Source of the DNA: Azolla caroliniana | Lineage: Eukaryota; Plantae; Polypodiophyta | Length of the DNA: 64,000 nucleotides | Assembly: GCA_043228905.1 (NCBI GenBank) | Contig: JBHGNT010000001.1 | Span: 16,182,001-16,246,000 of the forward strand | Reading direction: 5' to 3' | Notes under the pieces: generated by a model | The model's database searches: none | What the model was told of the DNA's origin: nothing | The model's input: only the letters and a program-made list of their open reading frames with translations | Position numbers and translations under genes: made by a program | Shown: positions 10,223 through 22,483 of the stretch, one piece after another | Layout: each line of letters opens with the position of its first letter | Numbering within the stretch: position 1 is the stretch's first letter

Positions 10223-13200
10223 GTGGCCCATGTGACAGAAAGTGCACTTAGGATGACCCTATGGAATTGTAACGACGCACTCTGGGCACACCCCGGCCGC
10301 CTAGAGGAGATACTAAAGGTATCTGATATACTTTTCTTGGTAGAAACACATCAGAGCCCAAATAGAGGACTCCCACGGGTCGAAGGATTCCGTTGGGAGT
10401 CCGCTTTTAGACAAACCTCACGTCGACACACTACTAGGGGATCTAGAGGTGTGACGATACTGTTTTGTAGAGAGCTACATAATAGGATAGAAATAATGAA
10501 GATAGACCCAGAAGCTCGTTTTATGTGGGTGAAAGTCTCCACAAGCAAAGACCAGGTAGTATTTTTTGCCATTTGTTACTTTCCCCCACAAGGATCCCGT
10601 TATAATATTGGTGGCTTGGCGAGATTAGTCGATGAAGGAATGCCACATGGGCCTTCTCAATATGAACCCCTATCGGATGACATAATCCGATATTCTTCCC
10701 AAGGAGAAGTATTTCTTGTAGGAGACTTCAATGCGAGAACCCAATCCCGACAATGCACAGTATTTCAGATGAATAGAAACCTAGAAATGGTAAATGTTGA
10801 TCCTTTAGACATAGGCACCACACGTAGATCAAAGGATCAAGGTGCGGACGCCACGAGCTTTGGCCATCATCTGCTCGAACTTGGCAGTCGGCACCGGATG
10901 GTCATATATAATGGTTTAGCTAAGTGGCCGGGCTCGGAAGAGCTCACATGTTTCCCACATGGAGGAGGGGAAAGCACAGTTGACTATCTAATAGGGCGCC
11001 CTGAAGCTACCCACATGATTAACTCCTTCCGAGTGGCCCCATGCCCTATTGGCGCAGACCATAGTTTCTTATACTTCGAGCTAAAAGGTGATATCTCTAA
11101 GGTCACCAAGTCTAGTCAACCATGCCATCACACCACAATACATTTCACACATGAGCTCTCTGACATATACTCTCAACATGTTCAAGCCCATCTCTCCTCC
11201 CTTGATTTCCCCCCTACCGTTAGAAAGCCTTAGTACAAAACTCACACACATCCTTCACTCCGCAGCAGCTACCAGTTTCCCATATACAAAACACTCAAAT
11301 CAAGGTAGATCAGGATCAATACCACAAAATAAATGGTATGACGAGGATTGTAGGGACTTACATAGACAACTTACAGTATCACAACTCAATGGTAGTATTA
11401 CCTCCATACAAGCTCGCAAAGAAATGCGCAAGATGACACGTCGTAAGAGACGAGCGTGGGAGGCATCCCAATATTGGGAACTCTACCATATGCTCATGAG
11501 TAGCAATTGCGCCACAGCATGGAAGAGACTACGGGAGCCAAGACCACAAACACCCATCGAAGATCCTGAAACTTGGCACACATATACAGAGAGACTTTAC
11601 CAAATCCCAAACCAACCACCCATTCCAATGCCTTCCGCACCTCGGCCTACCACGGGGACACTTTTCACGACCTCTAGGGTCGTGAAGGTCATAAAGAAAT
11701 TACAACATAGGAAGTCCATGGACCACATAGGAAGTCCATGGACCACACAGGAAGTCCATGGACCACACAGGATTGTGAGTAGAACACATTATATATGCGA
11801 GAGAGTGCCTAGCTCCCTTGCTAACTCTAATCTTCAATCGTACCCTTGCGGAGGGTTTTCCACCACAGTGGACTATGAATACAGTGCCCCCCATACATAA
11901 AGGGGGGGACCCCATGGACCCAAATACATATAGGACCATTATGATAGGCCATACCCTTGCTAAGTTATATGGTGTAGTAATGGAAGCAGAGCTTAGCGAC
12001 TATATGGAGACCCTAAACCTTCGTGCACCTGAACAAGCTGGCTTTAGATGAGCCTTCTCCACTATTGATCATATCTTCACACTTAGATGCCTAATTGACC
12101 AAACTAAGGCTCGCAAGAAGAAATTATATTGTTGTTTTATGGACTTCCGCAAAGCCTTTGACACAGTCCCTAGAGAGCGGTTGTTTGATAGACTTAAAAG
12201 CTTGAGGATACCAGATGATATGGTATGGGCCATCTACGCACTATATGAACAAGTGTCCGGGTGTGTCTGATGCCCAGGTGGCCTATCTAATTGTTTCACT
12301 AGCACTATTGGTGTAAAACAAGGTTGCTCCCTATCACCGATGCTTTTTGGGATCTACATTGATGAGATCACATATTTTATTGCTCGTGAGGGAGGCACCG
12401 GAGTGGTCCTTGGGGATACGCAGGTTCGTATCTTGCTCTATGCGGATGACATAGTTTTGCTCTCTGAATCCGAACACGACCTACAAAGGCACCTTAATGC
12501 CTTAGATGACTTTTGCATACAACGAGGATTGGTAGTGAATCTAGGGAAAACGAAAGTCCTTATCTTCCACACATTGGCCCAAGTTAGAGCTAAGTGTCAC
12601 CTAACTATCTCCCATAGCCCAGTCGAGGTGGTTGGATCATACGTCTATCTCGGAGTCACTTTTAGTGCCCGCTCAGGTAAATTTTCGATGACACAGGCAG
12701 CGAAGGATAGACTCACGAGAGGACATGCATCCCTCTCACTCCTAGAGAGACAATGCCACCAAGCACACTTTCAAGAGCCACGGACTAAAGGGTGGCTCTT
12801 TGACTCATGAGTGACCCCCTCCCTCATGTATGCATCAACGGTTTGGGCTCCGGGATTACCATCTTTCATGTGGACGCAATTAGAGAGACCATTGGTGATG
12901 ATGCTATCACGCCAACTCCGAAGCAAATCGACTGTACCACATGACATTATTAGGGCTGAGTTCACGTTACCCCCAATGTTAGTAGAGGCACTTTTTCAAC
13001 TTGTAGTCTTCATTCACAGGATACATAGCCAACCACATGATAGAATATCTCATCAAGACTTTAAGGCCTCTCGATCATTGTATGAGTCCGGCTATACTAG
13101 CTCATGGTATGGCATGATGGTGAGTTGGCTTCTTGCGAATGGTCTAGACGTTAATAACCTACCTCCCCTTAGGTACAACCACATGAGTGATAACACTTTA

Positions 13201-13809
13201 ACCTCTCATGAGGACCGCAATAAAGTAATACGCCAAGAAATATGGCAAATTTACACTCGGTGTAAATGGATCACCCCACTAGAGCCACTCCCATCTAAAA
13301 TGTTGTACTATAAGAAACACTTCATGCACTTCTCTGAGTTAGGTTTTATCACGCGGCGAAAATATCTAGATGTATTCTTACCACATGCACTAAGGGTTGC
13401 CATTGGACAACTTAGAATATCATCTCACCAACTTGAGATTGAGAATGGCCGTACTAGTGGAGTCCCTAGGGAGGAAAGGATATGTAGGTTATGTCACATA
13501 CAGATAGAGGATGAGTACCACTTTACATGCAAGTGTCCAACCTATGCCGAGATAAGGGCAAAATACCAAGACATACTTGGTTCGTCTCCCACCCTCCCCA
13601 AACTATTAGATACTCTAGATATAAAGAAATTAGGCAAATACATTCTAGAGCTAAAACAACACAGAGAGAATAAGTTACAAAATGTTGACAATAATGTTGC
13701 TAATGATCACGAACATGTAACAAATGAAGTTTTTCAGGAACAGGAGGAGACAACGAATGCCAACACACTTGCACCACTCGGCCTTTCCATTGATGAGGCA
13801 GAAAACTAG
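10223..13809 (+). pseudogene. LINE ORF2 (APE endonuclease, RT, C-terminal Cys/His motif), disrupted
   Basis: LWNCN, LVETH, YFPP, GDFNAR, VDY and DH motifs; GVKQGCSLSP and LLYADD; ERICRLC..EDEYHF..CPTY; several stops and frameshifts. Confidence 0.9.
11705..11772 (+). repeat. 20-bp tandem repeat (about 3.3 copies) in LINE ORF2
   Basis: ACA(T/C)AGGAAGTCCATGGACC repeated. Confidence 0.9.
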
Positions 13810-14189
13810 AGAAGAACCAGACGTCCTCGGGTGCCAGGTTTTAAAGCAACTCAACGTGATGTGGAAGCAATATTGAAAATAAGGGAACGTGAGCTACACC
13901 GCCTAGAAGCCATGGCTAGGGCACTCTCTACATTGGAACCCACATCAAGTCCCTTTGACCCCCCACTTCTTTTCGAGAGGCTTGGGTGGAAATAAAATTA
14001 GGCTTAGTGTATAGTCACTTTCGAGTATACTACATATTGTACACTCCTAGAACTCTTTTAGTTTAAGTTCTATTTTTTACTTAATTTTATTTTAGTTATG
14101 ATGACTGGATAAATAATCATTTGTTGTAAACCAATTGTCTCATGGGCCAAATTTGGCCTTAGAAGACGTTAATATATCTTTCTTTCTTT

Positions 14190-14298
14190 CTCTCTCTCTC
14201 TCTCTCTCTCTTTGTGTATCTTGTTCATTCTCATACATAGGTCCATCAACATCACAGATGTTGTTTGTTCTTCCGCACTGACGACCTTGTCCCCAACA
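14190..14298 (+). repeat. Ty1/copia 3' LTR, 3' half (continuation of 2874-3075)
   Basis: (CT)n then ...TTCCGCACTGACGACCTTGTCCCCAACA, matching the 3' end of LTR 34400-34705 (reverse complement). Confidence 0.82.
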
Positions 14299-14655
14299 AT
14301 CCCTTTGTTGGATGTTGTTCAACTCTTGGCGGAGTTGAAGCTTCCTCGTGGTTGTGTTGGCGGCGAAAATCTTTCGTAGATTTTCCCACGCTTCCTTCGG
14401 CATCAAAGCTTCTCGAATGTAACCGAGCAAGTGATCGTGAACACATGTCGCCAATCAATACATTACTCGACTCACCGCTTGCTCCCATGTTGCATAGTCG
14501 GCATCTTGCGGATCACGCCAGTTTTCTTGTGCTCCTTTGATGTAGCTCCAATAGCCTTGACCGACAAGGTATTGATGCATCTTGTACTCCCAAGATGCGA
14601 AGTTGTATCGGTCCAACTTCTCACTAGGGAGAGCGCTCCCCGTTTGAGTATTCAT
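14299..14655 (-). pseudogene. gag: Ty1/copia gag N-terminal fragment
   Basis: EKLDRYNFASWEYKMHQYL..GYW...KEAWENLRKIF...RKLQLRQELNNI; homologous to 53407-54050. Confidence 0.85.
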
Positions 14656-14760
14656 GGTGTTCGATGTAGATTTCTTCCTTCTTCTTCTCTCTTGAATACG
14701 AGCTATATAGTCGCACTACGATAGCGATGAGCCGGTTCTTCTTGAACGTCGGCGTAGAGC

Positions 14761-16374
14761 TCAACACACACGGATGGGCGAGATCAAGCTACCAAACCGC
14801 TCGTCCGTCTGTGTCGCCGTGCTGGTCTGTTCGGGCCAATGTGGTAAGTCCGTTTGCGTTGATTGGTCATTGGAGGTAGAAGGGGGAGGTGGTAGAGGGA
14901 GCAGGGGTGGTTGATCCTGTGTTTGAAGCTGTTGCTCTAATTCGGCCCATTGTGCTTCAGAGGCCTGCCATAGGTTTGTTGCAACTTTTGCTCGTTTGTT
15001 TGCCTCTTTGTTACGGGTAGCCATGTCTTTGGCGGCACGCATCGCTCTATCCAATTCCTGGTAAACTTCGACCAACACTGTGTGGAGCCTTGGAAGCTCA
15101 ATGCGTGTTCAACGTTTCTTTGTGGCCCGTTTGCGTCCAGCCTTCCGTAGTTTCGGCTCATCATCTAAAGTCGGCTCATTGTCTAAGGCCCTCTCTATGG
15201 CCTGCTGCTCGACGTGTTCTTGGGCCATGCGGGCCGTGGCAGTTATTTGGAGACGAGCCAAAAACTGGATGAGTTCGTATGACGTGCCGTGTTGCGAAAT
15301 TGCTCCGAGCTCGACTGCCTCCCCTAGCAGATAGCGAAAGGTTAATACTTCATCCTCCGAAAATCGTGATTGTCGGCCTTGCTCAATAGGTCTGTTGGGA
15401 TCCAGCGTGGCGGTTGTCACGATCGCGACAACTTCCTTTGGGATGGTGACCAATTGTTTGTTGGCATCCGTCATTCCATCCTTACTCTACGTGGTGTTGC
15501 AAGTGTTGGTGCGACGTCGTTTTGCGGCCGGATCAGGTTCTGGGGATGCTTGTTTTGTGCGCTCCTGTTGTCGTTCGGTCTCCACTAACTGTGGGACCTC
15601 TAGAATAGACTTTGGCTGTTCGGCTTGTTCGGCTGGTTTCGAGGGTGGTGTCGGGTGGGGTGAGGCTATTGCCCGTGCCATCTTATCACGATCGCGTATA
15701 GTGATGTTGTCCCTGTCTTCGGTGTTTTGCTCGCCTTGGGTTGTGGAGAGGGCCTGGGTATCGTCATCTTGCCACTCTTCATGCGACAACTGCAACGTTC
15801 ATTGTCGTTTAGCCCTAGGGGGTGGAGTAGGGAACACCAATGTCTGTTGTGGCGACTATGCTTGGAGAGGGTACAACGCGGTAGTGTATTGTGCTAGCAC
15901 AGGTAAAAATCGTTTCCCTGATTGAAAAGAAGCAATGGCCGCTTGGACACCTTCCCTGGTGATGATCCCCCAATTGATTGCTCCGCCGCGGTAGGCCATA
16001 ATAATCAATCCTGCTTTTTTCTTCAGCATGTCGTAGGGGTTTGCGTGGATGCACGCGTACTTGAGGAGGAAATGGGTTAGGTTCCCAAAGAAATCATTGG
16101 AACCTCCATGCGTGTGATGAGATTTTCCCGAGAGTGAATACTCTCCGAAATGCTGCTCCAAGATGTGTTGAGGCGACACGTCGATATCGTGCTAACCCCC
16201 CCTCTACAGATGAAGCGTTGCTCAGATCATGTTGTTGGAGATGGTGTCGGGGTGGATCCTTCTAGCGATGGCCTGAGCTTCTAGGTGGGGATGTGCATCG
16301 TGGATGTTGAGATATCCTGAGAGGCCGTGTCTGGACATCTAGGTGTGGAGTTCTTTAGATACTTCGAGCGGCAT
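14761..16374 (-). pseudogene. Degenerate extra (3') ORF of a non-chromoviral gypsy element
   Basis: Fragments align by eye with the 43137-46034 ORF, e.g. HFGEYSLSGKSH..GG and LIIMAYRG..INW..IT.EG; coiled-coil C-terminal part. Confidence 0.72.
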
Positions 16375-17464
16375 GGTGAGGACTGGAGAGTCAGGTAGAT
16401 AGGGAGAAGGCTGCGGAGATGGAGAAGGAGAGAAAGCTTGGTTAGAGAGAGTAGGCAACTGAGAGTAGTTTTGCGTAGAAGGAGCGTAAGATTGAGAGTT
16501 CTTGCAAGTGTGGTGACTTTGGCTGTTGGTGATGTTTTTGTGTGTGTGCCTCGGTTCTTGAGACGTGCCCTTGTACCCTAGATTCAGAATCATAAGGGTG
16601 TAGGCATAAGTGCAGATACTAGTGCACTTTCTAAGGAGTTCGGTTGTAGCCATTCCCCCTTATATGCTACTAGGATACAAGGGAGCATCCCATTACAATT
16701 TACGGTACGACGGTTCTATTCCTTGTAACCGGTGTCATGTGAATCTTCACACACTATGTAAAATAATAATAATGAAATAATTATTTTATATTAGATTAGT
16801 GCCTTGTTATAGAAATATGGATGTACTCAAGAGCTTCAAAACGCATTTTACTACATACAAAATGGACAACTACATATCAAGTTATGAGAACATGAAGTTT
16901 GAGAAGATAGGGAAAATAAAACTATGATTTATCCCACATAGATAGGAAACTTAAGGCCCTGGCTATATAAGCATATTGAGATCCCTTATTTTTCATTTTG
17001 TGCTAAGAGCACTTTGGCCACTTTGTCTAGATAGATGATTGTGGCCAAGTTCCCAAAAACTGACTGACAATAAAATGGAACCGATCGGTAATGGAACCGG
17101 ATCTAGAACCGATTAGCAATCAAAGCGGAACCGACTGGGCATCAAACCGGAACTGGCGGGGCATCAAAGTGGAACCAGCCGGCAATCAAACCGGAAACAA
17201 TTCGGGATCAAACCGGAACCGGCCGACAATCAAACCGGAACTGGCGAAACCGGCAATCGGGTGGAGCCGGAAACTGGGCGGAGCCGGGAACTGGGAACCG
17301 GCGACCAGACGAAACCGGTGATCGGGCGGAACCGACGACCGGACGAGGCTGGACGTGGACCAGACGGATTGGATGGGCGACGATCGAGACAGACAGATGA
17401 TAGGATCATGTGGCTAATTAAAGTAAAGTAAAGAAAACTAAAGTAAAGGCGATGTGGACAATCG

Positions 17465-18240
17465 TGTCGTAAACTTAACGTTCCTTATGCACGACGCTCG
17501 GCCATAACCGAGCGTAGAATGATACACAGAAAACGGGAAGTAAAACACGACAAGAAGGAGAGGAAGATATACACACACTACACAGGAGGTTTATGTGGAA
17601 AACCCCAAACTAGGGGAAAAACCACGACAGTCCACAGGCTGCAAACTGTCACTATGTAAGAATGTACAAAATAGTGAGTCCACGGAGGCAACGACCTCGT
17701 GCTCACTATCTTCGCCACAGGCGGCGGTTACAACAGAGACAACGACCTCGTTCTCTCTCTCTCTTTCTCTCTCTGTACAGTTACACACTCTGATTTCGTG
17801 CAAGACAGAAATTGACAACGACTAATAAAACGTTTGCCCTAAGTGATATTTATACTAATATGACTTTTCGGCTATATACAAATATAGCCTCGATGGGCTC
17901 TCAGAAACATATTTACGAATATGTCTCCTCATCCGGTTCACACCGGGCCTGTATCATCCGGCTCTCCGTAACCGGGTACTACTCATCCGGTTCACACCGG
18001 GCCTGCACCATCCGGCTCTCCGTAGCCGGGTACTCCTCATCCGGTTCACACCGGGCCTGTATCATCCGGCTCTCCGTAGCCGGGTACTACTCATCCGGTT
18101 CACACCGGGCCTGTATCATCCGGCTCTCCGTAGCTGGGTACTCCTCATACCGTTTCGGCCTCGGCCTATCGGCCTCGGCCAAGTTTGTTCGTCGGCACTG
18201 TTCTTCTCCCTTCCCATCCGGAGGGACCTGTCTCCCAACA
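17465..18240 (-). repeat. Solo LTR (copia-like), 776 bp
   Basis: TG...CA ends; perfect TSD AATCG (17460-17464, 18241-18245); the empty site is visible in the sister copy near 63205; GTGGAAAACCCC...GGGGAAAAACCAC motif. Confidence 0.88.
17925..18148. repeat. 54-bp tandem repeat x4 inside the solo LTR
   Basis: Unit CTCATCCGGTTCACACCGGGCCTGTATCATCCGGCTCTCCGTAGCCGGGTACT(A/C). Confidence 0.92.
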
Positions 18241-18879
18241 AATCGCATGCAACTAAAAGAAAAAGCCATGCAACTAAAAAGGGATGCAACTAAAAGTAGA
18301 GGTCATGCAACTAAAAGTGGGCATGTAAAGTAACATTGAAGGCGATGATCAACAGAGAACTCCATATATATTCCATTTTTTTTCCTACACTCATGCTCTC
18401 TCCATTTTTATTTTATTTTCCTTCTTAGCTCTCTTATCTTATCGAAGCCATAACACTCAAAAACCCTAATTTTCCCTACGGAAGCCATATCTCTCATATA
18501 ACATAATCCTAATTTTCCCTACGGAAGCCATAACACTCAAAAACCCTAATTGTCCCTACAGAAGCCATATCTCTCAAAACCCCTAAATTTTCTTTTCTAT
18601 TAATCTTAGTAAACCTAAAACTTCTGAATCCCAATCTTGGGACATATTGTAATTTCTTTTCCTTTGTTAATGAAATTTGTGGATCTTTCGCATTTCGCAT
18701 TAATTCTTTAATATAAACATACGAATCTGATATCCTCCGGTCGGAGGCCCTGGGGTCCTGCCTCAAGTTCACGTATCCTCATCGTATTTTCGCGACAATG
18801 GTCACCTTGAGATCTACGTTGAAGGACTGAGCGTAGACAATGTTCCTAATCGGTAACAATGGTGTTGTTCCACGGTATA

Positions 18880-21720
18880 GTTTCAAGCAAAACCCGTTGA
18901 CCCAATGGGGCAGCGCTTTGTCGTCCAGTGTGCCGAGTTGAAAGATGTCGTTGTACGTGTCGATGATCCAGAAGGGCCCTGTCCACTAGAATCGAAGCTT
19001 GCTGGGCATAGCCCTGAGTTTTGTTTGGAAAACCAGGACCGGCTAGCCGATTTCAAAAGTTTTGTCTGGTATCCGACAATGTTTATCGATGAAGGCTTTC
19101 CTTCGTCTATGGCCGTGCTCCAATTGACCCAGATTGGTAATTCGTTGTTCTCTGAGTTTGAGCAATTGGACCAGGCGCTGGTGTTCGGATTCTTATTCCG
19201 GTAATCGTTCGGCTATTTGTACTTGTAAGCTGGGTACCTGGAATTCAATGGGCATTACGACTTCTAATCTGAATGTTAGCCGAAAAGGCGTCGAGCCGAT
19301 ACTTGTTTTCAAGGTCGTGCGATAAGCCCATAAAGCACTGTGTAATTTATCGTTCCAATCTGTGCGATTCTCGTTGACGATTTTCTTATTTGTGGATTCG
19401 GCAAGACCATTAGCTTGGGGTAGTACGGCGTGCTTTTCTTGTGTACGACGGCGTAGTGGGAGGTTAATTCGCGTATGATTTGATTGACGAAGTGTCCTCC
19501 GTGATCACCTACTAGCTCGATTGGACAAACGAAACGACACCATAAATTTTCGTAAATGAATTTTGCGGTGGATGTTGTTGTGTTATCTCGAAGTGCTTTT
19601 GCTTCGACCCATTTCATACAGTAATCGGTTGTTACTAGTATATATTTGTTTTCGGTGTGTGTGGCGGGGGGTTTCGTACAATAATCCAAGCCCCATTTTT
19701 GGAATGGTTCCAAAGGAAGGATCGGCTGGTGAGTCATGTGGTCGCGCTCATTTGGTTGTCCCATCTTTTGATAGAGATCAGATTGTTTACAAAAATCGTG
19801 AGCATCCTTTTTCGTGGTCGGCCACCAATGCCCACTTTGCTAGATTTTTCGGGTTGTGGGGTTGCCTGCATAATGCCCGCCCGCGATTCCGTGGCGAGCT
19901 TCCCAAAGTACGACGTCTTTCTCAAATTGTCGAACCGCACGCCTCTAGATGCCATCTGAGGCTTTGTGATACAACGCATTCGTGAATAGATAGAAATTAT
20001 GGCTTTGAACTGCTAACCGTTTTTGAGCGTCAAGTATGAGGTGGTCCGGGGGAAGTCCCGTACTTAGGAATTGTGTCATTTCGGTGATCCAAGCATCGTT
20101 AGGATCAGACGCGACGGGTGCTATGTCGATGGAGAATAGGGCGGCGTCCAGTAAGTCACCGTATTCCTGGTCCGGCGGTTGTCCTGTTTCCAAGTGGCTA
20201 AGATAGTCGGCAATTGCGTGTTGAACTCTTGGTCGGTGTTGAATCTCGAAATCGAACTCCTGAAGGAGCAGCATCCATTGTGCTAACCGACTAGTCAGAG
20301 CTTGCTTATTTACAAGGTAAAGTAGTGTTGAATGATCTACGTGGAACGTGAATTTGCAGTCGAGCAGATAATGCCGAAATTTTGTAATGCTATATATCAT
20401 GCCGAGTGCTTCTTGTTCCGTGGTGGAGTAATTCCTTTCTGCTGTCGAGAGTCGGCGGCTGGCGTAGTAGATTGGGCGATACCATTTTGGTGGGGTTTTC
20501 TGCATTAAAGCACTACTGATCGCGATATCGGATGCGTCCACGAATATGTGAAAGGGCTCTTTCCAATCTAGGGTTTGGACTTCGGGGGCTTGGGACAACA
20601 TGACTTTTAGTGATTGGTATGTCGTCTCGTCTCGTTTTGTCCATCGAAAGGGCACCGTATGGACTACTGCGTGTAAAGGGGTCGCGGAATTGCCAAGGTA
20701 TTAGAACATACGACTATGCCACCATATTTGGCCCAGAAATCGGCTGAGTGCTTTGACCGTGGTGGGGGCCGGGGCATTCAAGATGGCTTGCACTTTGTCT
20801 GGGTCCATAGCGATACCCTCTTTACTAACAATGTGACCTAGTAAAGCCCTGCTTGTCACTTGGAAAGCACATTTGGCCGGATTGAGGTTGAGCCGTGCGT
20901 GCCGGCATCTCTTGAGGCATAATCGTAATTGTGCAAGGTGTTCCGCGTGTTGTCCATAAACCGCGAAATCATCAAGGAAGACTTGCATAAAGGCTGGAAT
21001 GAAATCTTCGAAGATTTCGGAGATGATGCGTTGAAATGTGGCACGGGTTGTTTTCAAGCCGAACATCATAACCACGGCTACGAATACACCCCACTCTGTT
21101 ACGAAGGCTGTTTTCTCCTGATCATCCGGGTGCATTCGAATTTTATTATAACCATTGAACCCGTCTAGAAAGCTATAACAATCATGGCCCGCCACCGTGT
21201 TGAGAATGTTGTCGGTGAATGGGAGTGGAAAGGCATCTGTGATCGTGGCGGCGTTAAGTTTCCGGTAATCCACACAAACCTATATTTGTCCATTCTTTTT
21301 CGGGACGACCACAATAGGACTTAGCCATGTGGCCCTTTTTACCGGTTAGATGAATCCTACGCGTAGTAATTTATCTATTTTGTCTTTTACTTTCGCCGCA
21401 TAGTTGGGATTCATACAGTATCATCGTTGTTGAATTGGTCGTGCGTCCGTTTGAAGTTGTATCTGGTGTTGGTAGTAATGAGGATCTAGGCCTTTCATGT
21501 TGATGTAGGACCACGTGAACACATCCTAATACTCCGTAAGAAATCCTATTAAGGCCAATCTGTTGTTAGGTGCCAAGTCTTTGGCAATTTTTATGGTGCG
21601 TGCCTCAGAAGGTGAGCCGAGGTTGACGTCTTCTAAGGTGGAGGCTTTTACACGCTATTATATTGCTAATTCACGGTCAAGTGCGCCGTGGGCTGTTGTC
21701 AGGAGGAGTTGGGGTCTATG
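18880..21720 (-). pseudogene. pol: Gypsy pol (RT-RNaseH-IN), degenerate; ends approximate
   Basis: VDYRKLN, FLDDF, VDASD, FQKWGLD, GPF motifs; homologous to 46463-49400. Confidence 0.9.
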
Positions 21721-21836
21721 TTTCCGTAAGAATGCAGACTTTGATTTTCTTGCGCCGAAAGGAGATCATGTTACGTTGCCAGTGCTACTTTATGTCGACG
21801 GTACACAACCATGGACGTCCAACCAGGAGGGAGTAA

Positions 21837-21912
21837 GCGCTCGTGGCCTAATGGATAAGGCATTTGACTTCTAATCAAGGGATTATGGGTTCGAGTCCCA
21901 CCGGGCATGCCA
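21837..21912 (+). tRNA. tRNA-Arg(UCU) copy with encoded 3' CCA (probably reverse-transcribed; its reverse complement is the PBS of the adjacent LTR)
   Basis: 76 nt: GCGCTCG TGGCCTAATGGATAAGGC, anticodon arm TTTGA-CTTCTAA-TCAAG, T arm ATGGG-TTCGAGT-CCCAC, CGGGCATG CCA. Confidence 0.9.
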
Positions 21913-21915
21913 ACT

Positions 21916-22483
21916 TGTGTCACCTTCCTCTCTGGAGGTGACACCTTTGATTCCTAACCGAAATCGGACCAAAGGACTGTGGTACATGGTGGTCAGATCG
22001 CTTTCACGAAACGGGATGACACCCTACAGATTACGTAAGAGGATACCTCGGCTATGCATACACGATAGGGAGAGATAGGTTACTTAGCAATTAATGAAAG
22101 CAAACAATGACACAAAATAGACCCAACATTGTTTAGATTACGGAATGAGTAGTGATTACAGTTACACGGCTATCTTCCAGAGTATATCAGATATACTGTA
22201 GTAGGATTAATTACGTAGTAACCTCAAACTTCTCTCCTATATGTCTCTCTCCTCTTCCTTCGATCTGTCGCTCCTTATATAGATGTTCCTTGGCGCATTC
22301 CTTCTCCTTCCACGTTTACGGCTGTGTTTATTTTGGCTGCTTCTGATTGCTTTCAGTTGTTTACCTGCTGCTATGTAATACCTATTGCGATTCACATATG
22401 TTACTATTTTGGTCCACGGACAAAAAATATGTGGAAGGGTTTAGACTAGTCTAGTGGCTGGACGACGGGTACTTGTGTCAGCA
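21916..22483 (-). repeat. Putative 5' LTR of a gypsy element (boundaries approximate)
   Basis: TG...CA ends; abuts the PBS/tRNA; TATA on the minus strand near 22277; interrupts another pol at 22484. Confidence 0.6.

Larger units (their letters stand above)
3076..14190 (+). mobile_element. Non-LTR retrotransposon (LINE, ORF1 plus APE-RT ORF2), full length but degenerate; 5' UTR interrupted by the 3372-9119 element; ends approximate
   Basis: GC/microsatellite-rich 5' UTR (about 3076-3371 and 9120-9400), ORF1, ORF2, AT-rich 3' UTR ending in (TCTT)n/(CT)n; flanked by the two halves of one copia LTR. Confidence 0.85.
16733..18797 (+). mobile_element. About 1.28-kb non-coding TGTC...CGACA element (solo-LTR-like) carrying a nested solo LTR
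   Basis: Homologous along its length to 62445-63715; AACCGG-rich block, ATGCAACTAAAA repeats, AAACCCTAAT repeats; flanks CCGG/ATGG (imperfect). Confidence 0.82.
14761..22483 (-). mobile_element. Degenerate non-chromoviral Ty3/gypsy element (LTR, tRNA-extended PBS, truncated pol, extra ORF), with nested insertions; 3' end lost
   Basis: LTR-like 21916-22483, pol fragments about 18880-21720, extra ORF 14761-16374. Confidence 0.7.

Noticed and set aside
14780-14800. GCTACCA as a possible PBS for the copia gag at 14655
   Set aside because: The match is short, there is no adjacent LTR, and it overlaps the decayed gypsy extra ORF.
17812-18333. 173-aa ORF with 18-aa repeats; array superficially CRISPR-like
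   Set aside because: It is the translation of a 54-bp head-to-tail tandem repeat in a solo LTR, with no unique spacers and no cas genes.
18460-18590. AAACCCTAA repeats as interstitial telomere
   Set aside because: They are isolated telo-box-like motifs within internal repeats of the element, not tandem TTTAGGG arrays.
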